Assembly (NCBI GenBank): GCA_001437625.1
Contig: LIAL01000001.1
Coordinates: 756 to 64,755, forward strand
Direction: 5' to 3'
DNA: 64,000 nt
From: Nitrosopumilus sp. BACL13 MAG-121220-bin23
GTDB lineage: Archaea; Thermoproteota; Nitrososphaeria; Nitrososphaerales; Nitrosopumilaceae
Shown here in pieces: positions 58,121 through 64,000 of the stretch (position 1 is its first letter; the number at the start of each line of letters is the position of its first letter). The position numbers and the translations under genes are program-made. The notes under the pieces were generated by a model. That model saw only the letters and a program-made list of their open reading frames with translations, was not told the origin of the DNA and ran no database searches.

Positions 58121-58579
58121 TTATTCTGAAAATTCAACTATGGCATCTATTTCTGTCATGGCATTTAATGGTAAACAAGCCACCCCAACTGCAATTCTTG
58201 AATGTTTTCCTTTATCTCCAAATATATCAAAGAATAGATCTGACGCTGCATTAATTATTTTGGGATGTTGATAAAACTCAGGATCTGAATTTATGAATCC
58301 TGATATTCTAACAATTTTTGTGACTTTATCCAAACTGCCTAATTCTCTTTTCATTTGAGCTAAAAGATTAATTGCACACATTTTTGCTGATTTCTGAGCT
58401 GTTTCTATATTTTCATTTGTAACCTTTCCTGTAAAAATCACTTTACCTTCTTCCATTGGAATCTGTCCCGAAATGAATAACAAATTACCTGTTTTAATTG
58501 CAGGAACATATGATCCTGCTGGTGTTGGAGGATTTGGTAGTGTAACTCCTAATGTTTTTAGTTTTTCTTCAATCAACAT
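58121..58579 (-). CDS. RidA/YjgF/UK114 family protein
   Basis: GNLLFISGQIP, ...VKIVRISGFINS..., RIAVGVACLPLNAMTEIDAIVE. Confidence 0.8.
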   Translation of the reverse strand: MLIEEKLKTLGVTLPNPPTPAGSYVPAIKTGNLLFISGQIPMEEGKVIFTGKVTNENIETAQKSAKMCAINLLAQMKRELGSLDKVTKIVRISGFINSDPEFYQHPKIINAASDLFFDIFGDKGKHSRIAVGVACLPLNAMTEIDAIVEFSE

Positions 58580-58602
58580 TCTATTATTTTTTGAGGTTGA
58601 TT

Positions 58603-59763
58603 TTAGGTTTTACTTATTTTGATATGTGTTTTTTCCCCTTTATTGGAATTATTTTGATACACTGTTCTCGTTTTGTAACCTTGTTTTTGTAAATACCCTT
58701 CTAAAATTGAAACCCATGGTAATGAATGTCCGTTATTTAGTTTTGATTCCACTGTGATATTTTTTGTGTTTGCTTCAAAATTAACATGTCCTGAACATGT
58801 AATTTGGATAATTGCATCCATTATTTCAATAATATCATCTAGTGATTTTAATTTTAGAATTATTCCGTTTTTTTCTAATAATTTTAGAAAGTCTATTTCT
58901 AATTTTTTTGATTCCCTTGTAGAATTTAGAATATATGTTAAACCTGTTTCACTGACAATTTTTATAATTTTATAAATTTCCTGTGCGTCTGCTTTTGTCA
59001 TATCTGCTACAACCTTTGTTTTAATTGAATTTTTCCAAATATTTGAAAATACTTTTTCTTGATTAATTCCTAGTATTTCTGTTGATGAAAATACGGCTGC
59101 CTTACCATTGTCATTATTTATCATTAATAATTCCGTTTCATCAAAAATAAAACAATTTTGTGTGATGTCTGATGTTTTAATTTCTACCCCATCTGGAATT
59201 GCTCTATATGATTCTGAACAAATTTGTGTTGATGAAATAATTACTTTAACATCTAAATTTCTGCGAATTACTCCTACAAGCTGTTCTTTACATTCAGCTA
59301 ATAATCCAAAACCATCTTGATCTGTCATTATTTTAATTGATGATTTTGATCCTTCAATCATTGTTTGAAGTTGAGTTAAAACTTTGTTTGCACTAATATG
59401 AAAATATCTTTTTTCTTCTGATCCTCTTGACTTTCTACTTTCTTCACTTGTTTTTTTTAAATTAGATACTAATGTGTTCATGGCATTAATTTTATTAATT
59501 TGTTCATGAATCACTCCATCAAATGCATCCTCTGGTGAAATTGCAGTACACATTATTGGCTTACTTTTTGATATGATTGCCAATTTTTTATTTTCTAATT
59601 TTAATAAAGTTGGATAAATTTTTGTTCTTGGAACTTCTGAATAATATGCTAATTCACTTGCTGAAATTGTTCCTTTGGAGATTAATGCTACATATGCCTG
59701 AGATTCATATTTACTGAGCCCAAATTCCTCCAAACTTACTGTTAATACTTGCTCATTTACCAT
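58603..59763 (-). CDS. TrmB-family transcriptional regulator
   Basis: N-terminal wHTH LEEFGLSKYESQAYVALISKGTISASELAYYSEVPRTKIYPTLLKLENKKL, plus a long effector-type C-terminal domain. Confidence 0.75.
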   Translation of the reverse strand: MVNEQVLTVSLEEFGLSKYESQAYVALISKGTISASELAYYSEVPRTKIYPTLLKLENKKLAIISKSKPIMCTAISPEDAFDGVIHEQINKINAMNTLVSNLKKTSEESRKSRGSEEKRYFHISANKVLTQLQTMIEGSKSSIKIMTDQDGFGLLAECKEQLVGVIRRNLDVKVIISSTQICSESYRAIPDGVEIKTSDITQNCFIFDETELLMINNDNGKAAVFSSTEILGINQEKVFSNIWKNSIKTKVVADMTKADAQEIYKIIKIVSETGLTYILNSTRESKKLEIDFLKLLEKNGIILKLKSLDDIIEIMDAIIQITCSGHVNFEANTKNITVESKLNNGHSLPWVSILEGYLQKQGYKTRTVYQNNSNKGEKTHIKISKT

Positions 59764-59922
59764 GATTTTACTTAATTTGTTATTAGGTAAAATTGAGAGC
59801 TAAATTCCTTTACACAAATGCTTAATTTTTTTCAAAATTGTATCCATTGGTATGTGTAACTATGGTTACTAAAATAATTGTTACACTGCCCTCAAATACA
59901 AAATATGCTTTAACAATATAAC

Positions 59923-60486
59923 ATGCTAGTAAAATGTAGTACTGATACCTTAGAATTTGAAAACATTTCTCATTCTGTAACTCTTGTACCTAGATTAGAT
60001 TATTCTGTTAATTTACTTACTAGCATTATTGATATTCTTCAAAAACAAAGAATTGAATTAAAAAATTTAAACCAATATCTTGTTACTGATTTTGATGAGA
60101 TGGACAACTCACATCTTAAAAGTATACGGTTGGAACAACTGATAGTTTTTTCTTTAGACGTATTACTTCAAATTAAAAATCAAATTGGTTCTATCTCTGG
60201 GATACACAGCATTCCTAAAATTTTACCTTCTTCTATCCCTATGATTAGAACTGTTAGCGCCAAATTATTTATTATTTCTCCTATCTCTAGCCAAAAATTA
60301 TCTGAATTATCTGTACATTTAGGTAGTATTGTATTGGATTCTGCTGCTCTTACTAAGGCGAGATTTGATTTTAGTAAATGTAATGATGCATCTGCACTCT
60401 TACTTGATAAAGTAAAATTGATGGCAGACTCTAAATTAAATAAGCAGTATCCTCTTGTTGATTTTTTTAAATTATCTAATGTTTGA
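59923..60486 (+). CDS. alpha-helical protein, candidate divergent ESCRT-III/CdvB-family member
   Basis: 187 aa. The segment IPMIRTVSAKLFIISPISSQKLSELSVHLGSIVLDSAAL...ASALLLDKVKLMADSKL resembles, from memory only, the alpha3-alpha5 region of crenarchaeal CdvB. It is the first gene of a tight operon ending in cdvC. Confidence 0.4.
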   Translation: MLVKCSTDTLEFENISHSVTLVPRLDYSVNLLTSIIDILQKQRIELKNLNQYLVTDFDEMDNSHLKSIRLEQLIVFSLDVLLQIKNQIGSISGIHSIPKILPSSIPMIRTVSAKLFIISPISSQKLSELSVHLGSIVLDSAALTKARFDFSKCNDASALLLDKVKLMADSKLNKQYPLVDFFKLSNV

Positions 60487-60977
60487 TAATGCTCAATTCT
60501 AAATATAATTTTTTAAAGGATATTGAACGTATTCGCTCAATTTCTTCAATTATCGATAAAAAATTATCTGATGTAAAATCTTCTGATACTAATAAAATCG
60601 ATAAATTAACTTTAGATGAATTACAAGATTTAGATAAGATTGTTAGAATTGCTGATTTTATGTTGTGCAAATATGCTGATAAGAAGGAAATGCGTTCAAT
60701 TTTAGAGTATTTTACGTCTATTATTACAGTCACTGCTAACTCTATGGATAATTTAGATGATGAAATTTCTGAACTAATACTTTCAGCTGAAGATTCTATT
60801 AACAAAGTAAAGGATTTGCATGCTCGTATTGATAATGAATCTGATTTTAAAAAAAAATATTGTGATGGACCTGATTATAACCGTGATGAAACAGGTGGAA
60901 TTAATTTAACCAATTTTGTGACAGAGGTTAACACTGTAGGATACCAACAAAATTCTTCAGGACATAATACAAGGTAA
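60483..60977 (+). CDS. alpha-helical hypothetical protein, middle gene of the cdvC operon (start TTG 60483 or ATG 60489)
   Basis: 164 aa, helical and acidic with a polar, disordered-looking C-terminus. It overlaps or abuts the upstream stop and ends 5 nt before the cdvC ATG. Confidence 0.5.
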   Translation: MIMLNSKYNFLKDIERIRSISSIIDKKLSDVKSSDTNKIDKLTLDELQDLDKIVRIADFMLCKYADKKEMRSILEYFTSIITVTANSMDNLDDEISELILSAEDSINKVKDLHARIDNESDFKKKYCDGPDYNRDETGGINLTNFVTEVNTVGYQQNSSGHNTR

Positions 60978-60982
60978 TTGAT

Positions 60983-62176
60983 ATGAGTTTAGCACCACAA
61001 GAATTAGAAAACACAGCAAGCAAATACGCTTCTGAGGCAATAAAATTTGATTCCCAAGGTGCCCGTGGAATGGCTATTACTCATTATCAACATGCAATAG
61101 ATGCTCTTGTAAAATTATTACAATTATATCCAAATAGTAAATTAAATAATATCTACAAAGATAGATGCAATTCATATCACAATCGAATCGGTGCATTACA
61201 ACAAGCACACGGTGTTGAGCCTGCAGTAGATCCTAAAGCTTCTGAATCTGAGCAAAAAGCATCTGTAAAAAGACAAGAAAATGAAAATGATTTTGAAGAT
61301 CTTGTAATGAAAGAAAAACCTAATGTAACTTGGGATCAAGTTATTGGATTAGATGAGGCTAAAAGTGCATTACGTGAATCTATTGTTTATCCTACAAAAA
61401 GACCTGATCTATTTCCTCTTGGATGGCCAAAAGGCATGTTGCTCTATGGTCCGCCGGGTACTGGAAAGACTATGCTAGCAGCTGCAACTGCAAATGAAAT
61501 GGATGGCTATTTCATTAATGTGGATGCATCTTCTTTGATGAGTAAATGGTTAGGAGAAGCTGAAAAAAATGTTTCAAAATTATTTGCTATGGCTAGACAA
61601 TATGCTGAGAAAGAAGGTAAACCTGTAATTCTATTTGTCGATGAAGTTGATTCTCTACTTGGAGCTAGAAATAGTGAAGTTGGTGGAGAAGTTAGATCTA
61701 GAAATCAATTCCTTACTGAAATGGATGGTGTAAATGGCAAAGGAAAACAATTGATGCTTTATGTTGTTGGAGCTACTAACAAACCTTGGAGTCTTGATAC
61801 TCCTTTCCTTAGAAGATTTCAAAAGAGAATTTATGTTTCATTACCTACACTAGAAGCTAGGGAGAATCTTTTTGCACAATATACTGCACCTCTAAATAAA
61901 AATTATAATTTGAATAATGCTGAACTTGCTAAATTGTTTGATGGATACAGTGCAAGTGATATCAAGGATGTTTGTCAGGCCGCACAAATTAAGACTGTTC
62001 ATGAAATTTTCAATGCTCCTAATTATCATGAACCTATTGAGGGTGAAGATCCAATACAACCACGAGAACTTACCACTGCTGATTTCAAAGATATTATGGC
62101 TAGACGTAAACCAAGTGTTTCTACTGAAATGATCCGTGCTTATCATAAATGGAGCGAAGAGTTCCAAGCCCTTTGA
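60983..62176 (+). CDS. cdvC: Vps4-like AAA ATPase with an N-terminal MIT domain (CdvC)
   Basis: MIT-like three-helix N-terminus (ASKYASEAIKFDSQGARGMAITHYQHAIDALVKLLQLYP...). Single AAA cassette with LLYGPPGTGKTMLA, ILFVDEVDSL and the SRH region ATNKPWSLDTPFLRRF. Confidence 0.9.
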   Translation: MSLAPQELENTASKYASEAIKFDSQGARGMAITHYQHAIDALVKLLQLYPNSKLNNIYKDRCNSYHNRIGALQQAHGVEPAVDPKASESEQKASVKRQENENDFEDLVMKEKPNVTWDQVIGLDEAKSALRESIVYPTKRPDLFPLGWPKGMLLYGPPGTGKTMLAAATANEMDGYFINVDASSLMSKWLGEAEKNVSKLFAMARQYAEKEGKPVILFVDEVDSLLGARNSEVGGEVRSRNQFLTEMDGVNGKGKQLMLYVVGATNKPWSLDTPFLRRFQKRIYVSLPTLEARENLFAQYTAPLNKNYNLNNAELAKLFDGYSASDIKDVCQAAQIKTVHEIFNAPNYHEPIEGEDPIQPRELTTADFKDIMARRKPSVSTEMIRAYHKWSEEFQAL

Positions 62177-62240
62177 TTATTTAATTTTTTAGTGCGATCA
62201 ACTTTTTTTATCTGTATTTCACATAAAACTTAAATTCACT

Positions 62241-63419
62241 TTGATTAGGACTTTACGAGGGTTCACGATTACTACAAAGAAATCAAATTATGCAAAAAAG
62301 TTTGGAAAGCTAATTTTCGACGATGGAACTGTTCTTGATGGTGAAGGATTTGGTTTTTCTACAACCACTTTTGGTGAAATTGTATTTAATACTGGGATGG
62401 TGGGGTATACTGAAGCTCTTACTGACCCCTCATACAATGGCCAATTACTAAGTCTAACATATCCATTAGTTGGAAATTACGGTGTTCCTGATCCTTCAGT
62501 TAACGATGAAGATGGAATTTCTAAATTTTTTGAATCAAATAAAATTCAAGTTCGTGGATTAGTAATTCATGAATTATCTTTAACTGCAAGTCATTGGAAT
62601 CTTTCGATGACCTTAGATGAGTGGATGTACAATGAAAAAATTCCTGGAATTTCTGGAATTGATACTCGCGCATTAACTATGAAGCTTCGAAATAGCGGTG
62701 TTATGATGGCTGCATTAGTTGTCTCTGATTCTGAAATTAATGTTGAAGATGTAAAAAAACAACTTGCGTCTGCAACTCACTATGACTCTGAACAATTTAT
62801 GGATGTTGTATCTACAAAACATGAAAAAATTTACGGTAATCAGGAACAGTCTGTTGTTGTAGTAGACACTGGTGCAAAAAATGCAATTATAAGAAATATT
62901 CGAGAAATTGGGTACAAAGTAATTTTAGTTCCTTGGAATACTTCTTATGAAAAAATAATGTCATATGACCCAAAAGGAGTTGTACTTAGCAGTGGTCCTG
63001 GTGATCCACAAAAATGTCCTGATACAATTATTGCTGTAAAAAAATTAATTGAAAATAATGTTCCTACACTGGGAATATGTTTAGGTGCACAAATTATTGG
63101 TATTGCTGGAAATACTGAAACTTACAAATTAAAGTATGGTCATAGGGGTCAAAACAAACCTTGTGTTAATCTTGAAAATAACCAAGTCTATGTCACTAGC
63201 CAAAATCATGGTTACGGTATAACCCCTGAATCTCTTGAAAAATCTGATTTTAATTTATGGTTTACAAATGCTGATGATCATACAGTTGAAGGCATAAAAC
63301 ATAAAAACCAAAATTGTTTTGCAGTACAATTTCATCCAGAAGCTGCTCCTGGACCTAATGATTGTAAATTTATCTTTGAAGAATTAAAAAATTTAATGGA
63401 GTCAAAAAAAATTGCCTAA
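62241..63419 (+). CDS. carA: carbamoyl-phosphate synthase small (glutaminase) subunit; the exact start is uncertain
   Basis: LIFDDGTVLDGEGFG, GYTEALTDPSY, GICLGAQI (catalytic Cys), FHPEA. Confidence 0.9.
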   Translation: MIRTLRGFTITTKKSNYAKKFGKLIFDDGTVLDGEGFGFSTTTFGEIVFNTGMVGYTEALTDPSYNGQLLSLTYPLVGNYGVPDPSVNDEDGISKFFESNKIQVRGLVIHELSLTASHWNLSMTLDEWMYNEKIPGISGIDTRALTMKLRNSGVMMAALVVSDSEINVEDVKKQLASATHYDSEQFMDVVSTKHEKIYGNQEQSVVVVDTGAKNAIIRNIREIGYKVILVPWNTSYEKIMSYDPKGVVLSSGPGDPQKCPDTIIAVKKLIENNVPTLGICLGAQIIGIAGNTETYKLKYGHRGQNKPCVNLENNQVYVTSQNHGYGITPESLEKSDFNLWFTNADDHTVEGIKHKNQNCFAVQFHPEAAPGPNDCKFIFEELKNLMESKKIA

Positions 63420-64000
63420 GAATGAATCCCTAAAAAAAATACTTGTACTTGGAAGTGGCCCCATCAAAATTGGCGAAGCTGGTGAATTTGATTATTCTGG
63501 AAGTCAATGTCTTAAAGCAATACATGAAGATGGAATCAATAGTGTACTGATAAATCCAAATATTGCTACAATACAGACTGATACTAGATTTGCCGATAAA
63601 GTGTACTTACTTCCAGTGAATGCTGAATATGTAGAATCAATTATTGAAAAAGAAAGACCTGATGGAATTATGCTGGCATATGGCGGTCAAACTGCCCTAA
63701 ATTGTGGCGTAACTCTTGATGATTCTGGAATTTTACAAAAATATGGCGTTAATGTACTTGGAACTCAAATTCCTGGAATTAAAAATACTGAAGATAGACA
63801 GCTCTTCAAGGACTCTATGAAACAGTGTGGAATGCCTGTACTAAAAAGTAGCACCGTAAATAATTTTGAGGATGCAAAAAAGACTGCAGAAGAATTATCT
63901 TATCCTGTAATTGTCCGAGTTGCATATACTTTAGGTGGCAGAGGTGGTGGCGTTGCTTATAATGAAATTGAACTTCATGAAATTGTTGAACGAGGTCTAA
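63412..64000 (+). CDS. carB: carbamoyl-phosphate synthase large subunit (N-terminal fragment, continues past the window end)
   Basis: My translation from TTG 63412: (M)PKNESLKKILVLGSGPIKIGEAGEFDYSGSQCLKAIHEDGI.... The start overlaps the carA stop. Absent from the ORF track because it is edge-truncated. Confidence 0.9.
   Translation, partial: MPKNESLKKILVLGSGPIKIGEAGEFDYSGSQCLKAIHEDGINSVLINPNIATIQTDTRFADKVYLLPVNAEYVESIIEKERPDGIMLAYGGQTALNCGVTLDDSGILQKYGVNVLGTQIPGIKNTEDRQLFKDSMKQCGMPVLKSSTVNNFEDAKKTAEELSYPVIVRVAYTLGGRGGGVAYNEIELHEIVERGL

Overview
AT-rich archaeal chromosome segment (roughly one third G+C by eye, not computed). The gene content fits a marine ammonia-oxidising thaumarchaeon (Nitrosopumilus-like): CdvC/Vps4, eL40, aEF-1beta, Pth2, pyruvoyl arginine decarboxylase, geranylgeranyl reductase, a plastocyanin-like cupredoxin, an F420-type LLM oxidoreductase and CDC48. 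I support about 80 CDS, 2 tRNAs (Thr-UGU, and Val-CAC with an apparent non-canonical intron) and several in-frame coding tandem repeats. I saw no CRISPR array, rRNA, transposase or integrase. Most of the window is housekeeping: purD/purN/folD/MTHFS, ileS, sucCD, citrate synthase, carAB, ppa, pepF and a translationally coupled uvrB-uvrA-uvrC operon. Several real small genes fall below the ORF-track cutoff: eL40 and a family of Cys/His-rich zinc-ribbon-like miniproteins. Many conserved genes can only start at TTG. Items most worth a second look: (1) cdvC lies in a tight three-gene operon behind two unannotated helical proteins, the first ESCRT-III-like, divergent from a TrmB regulator. (2) A ~97-nt intergenic island of about 50% GC at 40.75 kb folds into a closed multi-hairpin structure. 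(3) A perfect 11-bp GC-rich hairpin sits at 23.4 kb. (4) A virus-like PD-(D/E)XK nuclease lies next to the intron-containing tRNA-Val. (5) An ORFan islet at 13-17.8 kb contains a small-protein/2OG-Fe(II) oxygenase pair. (6) Low-complexity fusions occur on a DEAD-box helicase (RGG tail), a DHH phosphoesterase (KKPATKKVAI repeats) and a cupredoxin (perfect Ala-rich repeats). All functional calls come from motif recognition by eye; no searches were run.
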